This document shows, piece after piece, positions 20,315 to 29,480 of a stretch of 64,000 bases of DNA. The translations under genes and the position numbers were made by a program. Source of the DNA: an uncultured SAR86 cluster bacterium (GTDB taxonomy: Bacteria > Pseudomonadota > Gammaproteobacteria > Magnimaribacterales > TMED112); assembly GCA_902579195.1 (NCBI GenBank), contig CACHFV010000001.1, positions 175,644-239,643 of the forward strand. The letters run 5' to 3'. Position 1 is the first letter of the stretch. Each line of letters begins with the position of its first letter. A model generated the notes under the pieces. It was given only the letters and a program-made list of their open reading frames with translations. It did not search any database and was not told the DNA's origin.

Positions 20315-21036
20315 AAGTCTTAATTATTGGTTCCGGATTTATGGGAACATCTCTCGCACTGAGATTAAAGCAAAAGAATAGTGAAGCTTCTGTATCATGT
20401 ATTGAGCAGAATTCTGAAGCAAAAGCAGAGGTTGATCAAAGCGATATCTATGATCAGATATACTACGAGCTTAATGAAGTAAGCGACAGCTACGATGCAG
20501 TGATTATTTGCACCAACATTACAGAAGTAAAGAAAAATGTTGAAAAGTGCCAAGAAAAGTTTACCTCTTCAACACTAATTACAGACATCTCTAGTACGAA
20601 AAAACATATATCAGCACTAATAGATGAAGGATATGTTTCATCGCACCCTATCTGTGGAAGTGAACAATCTGGCCCAACAACAGCAAATGCAGATGTATTT
20701 GCTGGTGCGCGGGTAGTTGTGGTGGGGCATGATACTGAGAAAGTTAAAAACTTTTGGCAAAGTCTGGGCTGTTCTATATTTGAGATGGATGCTAAAACTC
20801 ATGATAAGTTTTTTGGATATCTTAGCCACCTGCCTCACTTGATGGCATTTGCATTCGATAAATTAACTGAGTCAATACCTCATAGAGATGACCTTATGCC
20901 GGAGAGCTCACGCGAGCTGCTTCGCCTTGGAAAATCTAATGAAGATTTATGGAACGAAATATTCAAAGACAACAAAGAAATATTGGATGAGTCTGTAATT
21001 GAGTTTGTGAGGCACCTAACTAATATTAAAAATTAA
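20311..21036 (+). CDS. tyrA: Prephenate/arogenate dehydrogenase
   Basis: IIGSGFMGTSLA, DISSTK, SSHPICGSE, HDKFFGYLSHLPH. Confidence 0.88.
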   Translation: MKVLIIGSGFMGTSLALRLKQKNSEASVSCIEQNSEAKAEVDQSDIYDQIYYELNEVSDSYDAVIICTNITEVKKNVEKCQEKFTSSTLITDISSTKKHISALIDEGYVSSHPICGSEQSGPTTANADVFAGARVVVVGHDTEKVKNFWQSLGCSIFEMDAKTHDKFFGYLSHLPHLMAFAFDKLTESIPHRDDLMPESSRELLRLGKSNEDLWNEIFKDNKEILDESVIEFVRHLTNIKN

Positions 21037-22283
21037 TGCCAGTAAAAGTCTCATATAAAAGCAATCATGGAATTCAAGGCTCGTACGAAGTTCCACTAGA
21101 TAAATCAATTGCACAACGATCAGCTATTTTAGGTCTCTCAACAAATATTGGAATTGAGGGCGAGGATATAGTTTCAACTAAAAAAGCAGCAAAGCAAATA
21201 CGATCAGGTGTAGATAATCTGTGTTTGGATATGGGTAATTCAGGCACTGGGATGAGATTGATGGCAGGTTTTATAGCTGGTCTAGGCATTGATGCAGAGC
21301 TTGTGGGCGATAAATCGCTATCTAATCGTCCCATGGAGAGAATTGCTAAGCCTCTCAGAGAAATGGGGGCAGAAATTCATCTTAAGGAGGGTAAGCCTCC
21401 AATAAAAATAGCTAAAAGCAATATAGCAGGTGAATTTATCTATGATTTAGAGATTCCTAGTGCACAAATAAAAAGTTGTTTACTTCTTGCGGCTCTAAGT
21501 GCGGGAACTAAGATCAAAATCATCGAAAAGGAAACAACCAGAAATCATACCGAACTTTTACTACAACATCTCGACGCAGATCTTGCGGTAAAAAAATCTA
21601 ATGGAGAAACTGAAATCATTCTTGATGCCGCAAAACCAATAACAGCAAAAGATGTTTTTGTTCCTGGTGATTTTTCATCAGCAGCTTTTCTTATTGGTGC
21701 TGCATTAATTTCAAAAGATGCCGACATATGTATAGAAAATGTTGGCATCAATCCTACAAGAATTGGGTTTTTGGAAGTTTTAAAAGAAATGAATGCAAAT
21801 ATAAAAATAGAAAATGTAAGAGAAGCTAATAATGAGCAAATTGGTGATATACATGTTAAATATTCTCCTTTAAAAAGCGTTATAGTGGCTAAAGATATTA
21901 TCCCTAACATTATTGATGAGCTTCCTTTGCTATCAGTTCTGGCTTGTTTTGCTGAGGGTGAGACAAAAGTTTCTGGTGCAAAAGAATTAAGAGTAAAAGA
22001 ATCTGACAGATTATTAGCCATTGAGTTAATGTTAAGAAATATTGGTGTTGAATTCGACGTCTTTGAAGATGGTTTCAACATCATAGGCAAGGGTGCTAAC
22101 TACCAGTTTGCCTCAGGTAATTTTGTCTCCTTAGGAGACCATAGGATTGCTATGTGCTCAGCTCTTTGTGCATTAAAGGCAACTGAAAATATTTTTATTG
22201 ATAACATTCAAAGTGTTACGACCTCTTTTCCTAATTTTTTTGAAATTTTAGAACAAATGGGATTTACAATAGAAGAAGCATGA
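21036..22283 (+). CDS. aroA: 3-phosphoshikimate 1-carboxyvinyltransferase
   Basis: DKSIAQR, GNSGTGMRL, SAQIKS, PGDFSSAAF, ELRVKESDR, DHRIAM. Confidence 0.95.
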   Translation: MPVKVSYKSNHGIQGSYEVPLDKSIAQRSAILGLSTNIGIEGEDIVSTKKAAKQIRSGVDNLCLDMGNSGTGMRLMAGFIAGLGIDAELVGDKSLSNRPMERIAKPLREMGAEIHLKEGKPPIKIAKSNIAGEFIYDLEIPSAQIKSCLLLAALSAGTKIKIIEKETTRNHTELLLQHLDADLAVKKSNGETEIILDAAKPITAKDVFVPGDFSSAAFLIGAALISKDADICIENVGINPTRIGFLEVLKEMNANIKIENVREANNEQIGDIHVKYSPLKSVIVAKDIIPNIIDELPLLSVLACFAEGETKVSGAKELRVKESDRLLAIELMLRNIGVEFDVFEDGFNIIGKGANYQFASGNFVSLGDHRIAMCSALCALKATENIFIDNIQSVTTSFPNFFEILEQMGFTIEEA

Positions 22284-22927
22284 TTCCAGTTGTAACAATT
22301 GATGGCCCTTCAGGCTCTGGCAAAGGAACAATATCAAAGGCATTAGCAATTCATTTAGGTTGGAATTATCTTGATAGTGGTCTGATCTATAGATGTTTTG
22401 CATATTTGACCATGATTGGGACAAGCGATGTTCCAAAAGCTATCAAAGAAATTGAGCATAATTTTGATCTAAATAAAGAGGAAATTTTATTTAATAAAAA
22501 AAATATAACCTCAGTGATAAGAGGTAAAGAGATAACAATGTTATCTTCTGAATTATCGCAAAAACCTGAAGTAAGATCGCAGTTAATTGAAATTCAAAAA
22601 ACTTTCAGAGAGCATCCAGGTTTAGTGGCTGAAGGAAGAGATATGTCTTCTAAACTATTTCCTGATTCATTGGTAAAAATTTATCTTACAGCTTCTTTAG
22701 ATGTCAGAGTTAAGAGACGATCGAAACAGCTTATACAATCAAATATAAGCTTTGATGAGATTGATTTAAGAAGAGATATTCAGGAGAGAGATCAACGAGA
22801 TCAAAACAGAATACATTCACCATTGGTGCAAACAAAGGATTCAATATTGATTGATAATAGCAATATTTCAGCAGACTCGACTTTAGAAATAATTCTGGAG
22901 CAAGTTAAGCTTAGTTATTTAGTTTAG
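22280..22927 (+). CDS. cmk: Cytidylate kinase
   Basis: IDGPSGSGKGT, YLDSGLIYR, VAEGRDM, RDQRDQNR. Confidence 0.95.
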   Translation: MIPVVTIDGPSGSGKGTISKALAIHLGWNYLDSGLIYRCFAYLTMIGTSDVPKAIKEIEHNFDLNKEEILFNKKNITSVIRGKEITMLSSELSQKPEVRSQLIEIQKTFREHPGLVAEGRDMSSKLFPDSLVKIYLTASLDVRVKRRSKQLIQSNISFDEIDLRRDIQERDQRDQNRIHSPLVQTKDSILIDNSNISADSTLEIILEQVKLSYLV

Positions 22928-23865
22928 TACTTAAAATTTTTAAGATTCTCCCAAATTTTGCGCCCGAATTTAGTTTCGTAGGATTCTGGCGTGATTTTGT
23001 CAAATCCACTTCCATGATGAAGGGTAAGCTCACCTATTGCTAGATCACCATTCTCAAGTAGCATAAAGTCTACTCTTATGTATAAAAGGTCTTTTGAAAT
23101 CTGTTCTGAAAGATTAAGAATTTTGTTAACAGTAGCATTTGAGGGTTTTGAAAAATTATTTACAAATTTGCTCTTATTTGAATTCTTTTCCCAGCGCATT
23201 TTCAATATATTAAGTTTTTCATCAGTAATAACTCTTGAATCGCTCTTTTCTCTATCGAGTGCAAAATATAAGAACTGTGGTTTGCCACCAATGCAATGAA
23301 CTTTTATGTCACATGGAATCGATTCTAATCCTAAAGCCATCTCCTCAATAAACCATCTAGGCTTTATCTCTAGATACTGCGGCTCTCTTGTTACATAAAA
23401 TAGATTCTCCTTTTTTGCTTCCTCAAGCCATGTATTTATCATTTTACAAGTACATTTAACCCTTTCTTTAAATACAATTTTTTTTACATCAATTAAATAG
23501 CCGTTTCTTGATATTAAAGCTCCCGATGCATTGTGATTATATTTAACAACAAAGTTTTTAGGCAGTTGATCAAAAACACTATTAGTGAACTTCTCATCCT
23601 TTGCCGCTACATAGTATGTCTTTAAAATATGATCATCCAAACCTTTAGATTTCAGATATTCTTTCAATAAAATCTTATCTGTAATGTTTGTAAAATTATT
23701 CTTTGAATGCAGTTTTGAGAATTGCAGATAATCATTAATTTTTTTAGTTTTAGAAAAGTTGAAAAATCTTTTATGGCTTACAAGAAACCTAAATTGAAGA
23801 AATAAATAATTTGAAAAATATGCATTGGGGATAAATTTAGAAAGTCTTTTTAAAATGCTTTGCAT
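22924..23865 (-). CDS. TupA-like ATP-grasp amidoligase
   Basis: TDKILLKEY, FVVKYNHNASG, IKPRWFIEE, DIKVHCIGGKP, YIRVDF...GELTLHHGSGF. Confidence 0.82.
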   Translation of the reverse strand: MQSILKRLSKFIPNAYFSNYLFLQFRFLVSHKRFFNFSKTKKINDYLQFSKLHSKNNFTNITDKILLKEYLKSKGLDDHILKTYYVAAKDEKFTNSVFDQLPKNFVVKYNHNASGALISRNGYLIDVKKIVFKERVKCTCKMINTWLEEAKKENLFYVTREPQYLEIKPRWFIEEMALGLESIPCDIKVHCIGGKPQFLYFALDREKSDSRVITDEKLNILKMRWEKNSNKSKFVNNFSKPSNATVNKILNLSEQISKDLLYIRVDFMLLENGDLAIGELTLHHGSGFDKITPESYETKFGRKIWENLKNFKY

Positions 23866-23871
23866 TGTAAT

Positions 23872-24876
23872 TTATCTTGAATAATACAATTTGTACCAAT
23901 CTACAAATTTTTGTACACCTTCATTAACATCAATTTTTGGCATGAATTCTATAGCACTATAAAGCTCGTCCGAGTCTGCATGTGTGCTTACAACATCTCC
24001 TGGTTGCATCCCTTTAAATTCTTTAATTGCTTTTTTCCCAGCTGCTAATTCAATTGCTTCAATAAATTCAAGCAAGTTTGTTTTATTCCCCCTTCCAAGA
24101 TTATAGATTCTATAAGGGGCAGAACTTGCGCTTTTTAAACCATTTTCAACTGTCCAGGAAGCATCAGGCTCTGGAATTATTCTTGAAGCCAGTACAGTTG
24201 CCTCAACTATGTCGTCAATGTAAGTAAAATCCCTCCACATATCACCATTGTTAAAGATTTTTATTTTTTTATTTTTATAAATTGCGTCAGTGAAAATAAA
24301 TGGAGCCATATCTGGTCGCCCCCAAGGACCATAAACGGTGAAGAATCTTAAGCCTGTAACTGGCAACCTATAAAGATGTGAGTAAGTGTGTGCGAATAGC
24401 TCATTAGATTTTTTTGTCGACGCATACAGAGAAACAGGATGATCTACCGTATCATTAATACTGTATGGTAATTTATTGTTTAAACCATATACAGAGCTTG
24501 ATGAGGCATAAAGAAAATGTTTTATCTTAGAATCTTTACAGCATTCAAGCATGTTAATAAAGCCTGTTATATTTGAATCAACATAAGCTTGAGGGTTTTC
24601 TAATGAATACCTTACTCCTGCTTGAGCAGCTAAGTGAATAACGCAGTCTATTTTATTTTGATTAAAAATATCTCTTAACTTATCTTTATTAAAGATGTTT
24701 AATTTATAGAATTTGAATCTGTCATTTTTTAATCTATTCAACCTATCTGTTTTAAGTTTGACGTCGTAATAATCATTAATATTATCTATTCCAATAACAT
24801 CATGTCCATCGTCTAAGAGTTTGCGAGATACCGCATTTCCTACGAAACCTGCTACTCCAGTAATTAAATATTTCAT
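23872..24876 (-). CDS. NAD-dependent epimerase, UDP-glucuronate 4-epimerase type
   Basis: TGVAGFVG, HLAAQAGVRYSLENP, YASSSSVYG, SLYASTKK, FFTVYGPWGRPDMA. Confidence 0.88.
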   Translation of the reverse strand: MKYLITGVAGFVGNAVSRKLLDDGHDVIGIDNINDYYDVKLKTDRLNRLKNDRFKFYKLNIFNKDKLRDIFNQNKIDCVIHLAAQAGVRYSLENPQAYVDSNITGFINMLECCKDSKIKHFLYASSSSVYGLNNKLPYSINDTVDHPVSLYASTKKSNELFAHTYSHLYRLPVTGLRFFTVYGPWGRPDMAPFIFTDAIYKNKKIKIFNNGDMWRDFTYIDDIVEATVLASRIIPEPDASWTVENGLKSASSAPYRIYNLGRGNKTNLLEFIEAIELAAGKKAIKEFKGMQPGDVVSTHADSDELYSAIEFMPKIDVNEGVQKFVDWYKLYYSR

Positions 24877-25982
24877 TTAGACTTAAGTTTTTCTATTTCA
24901 TTAATGTACTCTTTTAATACATTTTTTTCATCAAAAAGTTGCTCAGCTCTTTTTCTTGATTGATTGCTCATTGACTGTCTTGTTTTCTCGCCAGCAGTAA
25001 TAAATATATGAAGTTTTTCAACAAGATCATCAATAGACTTTTCTTTACATATTAAGCCATTAACTCCATCTACAACTACATCATTGCCATTTAAGCTTGT
25101 AGATATTATTGGCTTTCCCATTGCACAAGCTTCAAGCAATGTTTTTGGCAACCCTTCGTTGTAATAAGTTGGCAGAACAATGCAGTCGCAATTTTTTATA
25201 TGCTCTTCAGTTCTATCAGACTTTCCTAAAAATATGATCTCATCTGTATCTTCTATAGCTTTGACATCTTGTTCATTAAGAGATCCAGGTGAGTCATCAA
25301 TAAATCCAAGAATAGAAAAATTCACTGACTCTCCAAAATCTTTTTTTATAATTTTTGCAGCTGCGATATATTCAAGAATTCCTTTATCCTTCAATAATCT
25401 GCTCATAAAAAGAAACTTTATTACACCATCATTAGGGTTGTCGTAAACTTTAAATCTTTCCAAATCCACACCTGATCCATAGATTCTTTTTGAATTCTTT
25501 TGGCTTACAATCCCTTCTTTTAAAAATAAGTCTCTGTCATGATTATTTTGGAAAAAAACCATCTTTGCTTTTTTTTGTGAAATTCGATACAGGAATGTTA
25601 TTAACCCCTTTAATATACGATTGCTTGAAAAGATTAAACCTAAGCCTGAAATATTATTGATTGTTGAAATGCCCATTAGCCTTGCAACTAGTGAACAGTA
25701 GATATTACTTTTTGGAGTAAAGTTTAAGATGCACTCTATCGCATATTTTTTTAAATTAAATAATATTTTGCATAATGTAAGGATGTCAGAAAATGGATTA
25801 ATCCCTCTTCTAAATGGAATATCTATAAATATACAACCAAGATTTTTTAGTTTGATGCTGTATTCATCTTCTGGAGCAAGAATATATACCTCATGCCCTT
25901 GATCAAGTAATTTTCTTATAGTACTTTCTCTAAAATTTAGCAGATACCAACTGGTATTAGCAGATAGGGCAACTTTTAACAT
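24873..25982 (-). CDS. Glycosyltransferase family 4 (PglA/CapM-like)
   Basis: NTSWYLLNFR, TPKSNIY, SGVDLERF, SRLLKDKGILEY, EGLPKTLLEA. Confidence 0.9.
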   Translation of the reverse strand: MLKVALSANTSWYLLNFRESTIRKLLDQGHEVYILAPEDEYSIKLKNLGCIFIDIPFRRGINPFSDILTLCKILFNLKKYAIECILNFTPKSNIYCSLVARLMGISTINNISGLGLIFSSNRILKGLITFLYRISQKKAKMVFFQNNHDRDLFLKEGIVSQKNSKRIYGSGVDLERFKVYDNPNDGVIKFLFMSRLLKDKGILEYIAAAKIIKKDFGESVNFSILGFIDDSPGSLNEQDVKAIEDTDEIIFLGKSDRTEEHIKNCDCIVLPTYYNEGLPKTLLEACAMGKPIISTSLNGNDVVVDGVNGLICKEKSIDDLVEKLHIFITAGEKTRQSMSNQSRKRAEQLFDEKNVLKEYINEIEKLKSK

Positions 25983-26148
25983 AAATTTTTCTCAATCCAG
26001 CTAAAGTAACATGCATTTTTTAAAAATGAAAAAGAGATTCAAGCAAATGTTTCAAAATTTAATTTAACCCCAAAAGAAGTTGAGAAATAGTATACAAAAG
26101 GTTAATATTTCTGAACTTAAAATGCTATAGATTAGCTAAGTATTAAAT

Positions 26149-27462
26149 ATGACAAAATCAGACACCACACTAAATGAATTGCTAGAAAAGAGCTTTAGCA
26201 ATTTTAATCTTGCACAAGGATCACTTATAAAAGCAAATATTGTTGATCTTGGGAAAAAATGGGTTACTTTGGACATTGGTTTTAAATCAGATGGACTAGT
26301 GTCTATCGAAGAGTTTCAAGATCATTCAGGAAAAGTAATTGTTGAAATTGGTGATGAAGTCGAAGTTATCTTAGATGCTCTCGACGATGGTTTTGGCGAA
26401 ATTAGACTTTCCAGAGAAAAGGCAAGAAAACAAGAAACCTGGGATAATCTAGAATCTGCCCACAATGATGGTACATATGTTGAAGGCAAGGTTGTTAATA
26501 AAGTAAAAGGTGGATTCACAGTATTTATAGATGTTGTGAAAGCATTTTTGCCTGGTTCTTTAATCGATCCTAAAGGCGGTAAAGATTATCCTGACCTTAC
26601 CGGGGAAACACTTGAATTCAAAGTGATGAAATTCGATAAGAAAAGATCAAACATTGTTCTCTCAAGAAAAGCAGTGCTCCAGGAGCAAAACTCTGAAGAA
26701 CGCGAAAGATTGATGGGCATTATTAAAGAAGGTGAAAAGATTGAAGGTTCAATCAAAAACTTAACAGACTATGGTGCATTTGTTGATCTTGGTGGTCTTG
26801 ATGGGCTCCTTCACATTACTGACCTATCTTGGAAGAGAGTGATGCATCCAAAAGAGGTTCTTAATGTTGGCGATAAAATGGATTTCATGGTTTTATCCTT
26901 CGATGTTGAAAAAATGAGAGTATCACTTGGCTTGAAGCAATTGTCTGAAGATCCATGGAAAGATATCGAAAGCAAATACCATGTTGGTCAAGTCGTCAAT
27001 GGTGAAGTGGCTTTAACTACAGATTATGGTTGTTTTGTAAAACTTGATGATGATATTGAAGGTTTGGTCCACATTACAGATCTAGACTGGAAAAATAAAA
27101 ATATTAACCCTGCGTCTATTCTGGAAAAGGGTGACAAAATTGATGTCAAAATCATGGAAATAGATCTTGAAGAAAGAAAAGTTTCCTTAAGTAAAAAACA
27201 TACAACTGAAAATCCATGGAAAGAGTTCGAAGACAAACATAACAATGGCGATATCCTCGAAGGCTTGAAAATCAAATCAGTTACAGATTTTGGTGTATTT
27301 GTTGAGTTAGATGGCGGTATTGATGGTCTTATCCATCATTCAGAAATCGATGTTGGCACACAGACCATTCAAGATATGTATCAAGTTGGCGAAGAAGTTA
27401 CTGTTTCAATAAGTGGGATGGATTCTGAAAGAGAAAGGATTTCATTGTCACTTGTCTCCTAG
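26149..27462 (+). CDS. rpsA: 30S ribosomal protein S1 (short, five S1 domains)
   Basis: KVKGGFTV, KNLTDYGAFVDLGGLDGLLHITDLSW, TDYGCFV, TDFGVFVELDGGIDGLIH. Confidence 0.95.
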   Translation: MTKSDTTLNELLEKSFSNFNLAQGSLIKANIVDLGKKWVTLDIGFKSDGLVSIEEFQDHSGKVIVEIGDEVEVILDALDDGFGEIRLSREKARKQETWDNLESAHNDGTYVEGKVVNKVKGGFTVFIDVVKAFLPGSLIDPKGGKDYPDLTGETLEFKVMKFDKKRSNIVLSRKAVLQEQNSEERERLMGIIKEGEKIEGSIKNLTDYGAFVDLGGLDGLLHITDLSWKRVMHPKEVLNVGDKMDFMVLSFDVEKMRVSLGLKQLSEDPWKDIESKYHVGQVVNGEVALTTDYGCFVKLDDDIEGLVHITDLDWKNKNINPASILEKGDKIDVKIMEIDLEERKVSLSKKHTTENPWKEFEDKHNNGDILEGLKIKSVTDFGVFVELDGGIDGLIHHSEIDVGTQTIQDMYQVGEEVTVSISGMDSERERISLSLVS

Positions 27463-27482
27463 TAAAAATAGACTGTTTTCAC

Positions 27483-27488
27483 TACAAT
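27483..27488 (+). promoter_or_regulatory. Putative -10 element (TACAAT) 7 nt before the pyrF ATG
   Basis: TACAAT-ttctgat-ATG in the 33-bp rpsA-pyrF gap; no SD. Confidence 0.45.
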
Positions 27489-27495
27489 TTCTGAT

Positions 27496-28152
27496 ATGTC
27501 CACAAAAAAGCTAATAGTTGCTTTAGATTTTAGCAATTCTGAAGAAGTTTCTCAGATTATCAATTTATTAAATCCCAAAAAATGCATTCTAAAAGTTGGG
27601 TTACAGCTTTACTTAGCAGAGGGGGAAAGTATTCTTGATATACTTACAAATAAGGGGTTTGAGATTTTCTTGGATCTCAAGCTGCATGACATACCAAACA
27701 CCGTCAATAAAGCAGTTGAAGAGATTGCTAAATTTAATATTTTGATGACAACTATCCACTTGCAAGGTGGCGCAGAAATGATTGAGGCAGCAAAAACAGC
27801 CGCAGGCAATACAAAGATCCTTGGTGTTAGTTTACTTACCAGTTTAGACGAAAATGATACATCAGAACTTTATGGTAATTCCTTTGATGATCAATTTACA
27901 AAACTCATAACCTTAGCAAAATCATCAAGTGTTGATGGCATTGTTTGCAGCCCAAAAGAATTAATATCTCTTCATGATCTCAACAAAATAAAAGTAGTCC
28001 CTGGCATCAGAAATGCTCAAATAAATGATGATCAAAAAAGAACTATGACATCTCAAGAAGCTTATGCACAAGGTGCTGATTACATAGTGGTCGGAAGACC
28101 TATTACGCAGTCAAACAATATTGAAGCTGCTATAGAGGAGTATCTAGTATGA
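27496..28152 (+). CDS. pyrF: Orotidine-5'-phosphate decarboxylase
   Basis: LIVALD, FLDLKLHDIPNTV, VPGIR, DDQKR, VVGRPIT. Confidence 0.96.
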   Translation: MSTKKLIVALDFSNSEEVSQIINLLNPKKCILKVGLQLYLAEGESILDILTNKGFEIFLDLKLHDIPNTVNKAVEEIAKFNILMTTIHLQGGAEMIEAAKTAAGNTKILGVSLLTSLDENDTSELYGNSFDDQFTKLITLAKSSSVDGIVCSPKELISLHDLNKIKVVPGIRNAQINDDQKRTMTSQEAYAQGADYIVVGRPITQSNNIEAAIEEYLV

Positions 28153-29480
28153 AATTTACTGATCTAATAATGCAGATGCAAAATATGTCGGCGAAGGGAA
28201 ATAAGGATTTGCATATAAGTTGTAATAAATTATATGCAGATCAGAGTGCGTTCAATTTTTCAGATGAGGCTATTAGCTTGTTTGAAACGTACATCGAGGA
28301 AAATAAATTTATTGAAAAGTTTCAGAATATTCGCAATGGACAGCTATGCAACTTAACAGAAAATAGATCAGCATCACATTTCCAATATCGAGATCATAAA
28401 TCTAACCTTTATCAAAATAATATTGAGGTCCTTAGCAATATCGTTGAGCAAATAAATAATAATTATGAGCAGGTAATCTTTTTTGGCATTGGTGGTTCAT
28501 TTTTAGGCCCTATACTGTTAAATGATGCCTTTAGCACGAATGGTAAAAAGGTTATTTTTGTTACAGGAAGCGATCCCAATGAATATACGGGATTAATAGA
28601 TACTGATTTATCTAAAACTGCATTTGTACTAGCCTCCAAGTCTTTTTCAACTATTGAAACACTTTCAAGCTATGAGCATATAACCTCTGGGCAGCATTTA
28701 GAAAATACATTTGCTATAACTGCCTCAGCTACAAAGGCACAAGATTATGGCATCAAAGAAAACCATATACTTCCTTTGGATGTTAATACAGGTGGTCGTT
28801 TCTCTATTTGGAGCGCTATTAATTTAGCATTTTGCTTATGTCACGGACTTGATGCATATAAAGCTTTCCTTGAAGGCGGGGCTGCTGCAGACAACAATGC
28901 TAAAAACAAGCTCTCAGGAAATTTAGCGCTATCTTTGTCTATGCAAGACATATATGCCAACAATGTTCTGGGTATGGAAACATCATTGCTGCTAAATTAC
29001 GATTGGAACTTAAGAAATTTTTATCAATATGCCCAACAGCTTGATATGGAATCTTTAGGCAAATCAGTCAATCAGCACGATGGGGCTGCTTTGGATTATC
29101 AAACCGGCATGATAATCTGGGGTGGATATGGGCCTAGATCTCAGCATTCGTTTTATCAACATGTCTTTCAGGGCACTAAAGAAAGTAATTTATACTTAAT
29201 TTCCACAAAAAATGACCATTTAAACTACAAGCAGTTTCTTGGGCAAACAAAATCATTGCGGGATGGTAATGATTTTGAAGATGACACACACAAACAAGTC
29301 AATAAACGTAAATTTACTACTATTTTGCTTGATGACATCTCCCCTGAATCGATAGGTGAGCTAATCGCAGTTTGGGAGAATAAAACTATATTCAATAGTA
29401 TGTTTTGGGATATTAATCCTTTTGACCAGTGGGGAGTTGAGCTCGGCAAGATAAATACCAAAGCTGAACTTGAAAAATAA
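28149..29480 (+). CDS. pgi: Glucose-6-phosphate isomerase
   Basis: GIGGSFLGP, SKSFSTIET, GGRFSIWS, QQLDMESLGK, INPFDQWGVELGK. Confidence 0.93.
   Translation: MKFTDLIMQMQNMSAKGNKDLHISCNKLYADQSAFNFSDEAISLFETYIEENKFIEKFQNIRNGQLCNLTENRSASHFQYRDHKSNLYQNNIEVLSNIVEQINNNYEQVIFFGIGGSFLGPILLNDAFSTNGKKVIFVTGSDPNEYTGLIDTDLSKTAFVLASKSFSTIETLSSYEHITSGQHLENTFAITASATKAQDYGIKENHILPLDVNTGGRFSIWSAINLAFCLCHGLDAYKAFLEGGAAADNNAKNKLSGNLALSLSMQDIYANNVLGMETSLLLNYDWNLRNFYQYAQQLDMESLGKSVNQHDGAALDYQTGMIIWGGYGPRSQHSFYQHVFQGTKESNLYLISTKNDHLNYKQFLGQTKSLRDGNDFEDDTHKQVNKRKFTTILLDDISPESIGELIAVWENKTIFNSMFWDINPFDQWGVELGKINTKAELEK

Noticed and set aside
26014-26028. Palindrome CATTTTT-T-AAAAATG upstream of rpsA
   Set aside because: Low-complexity A/T arms expected by chance at this composition.
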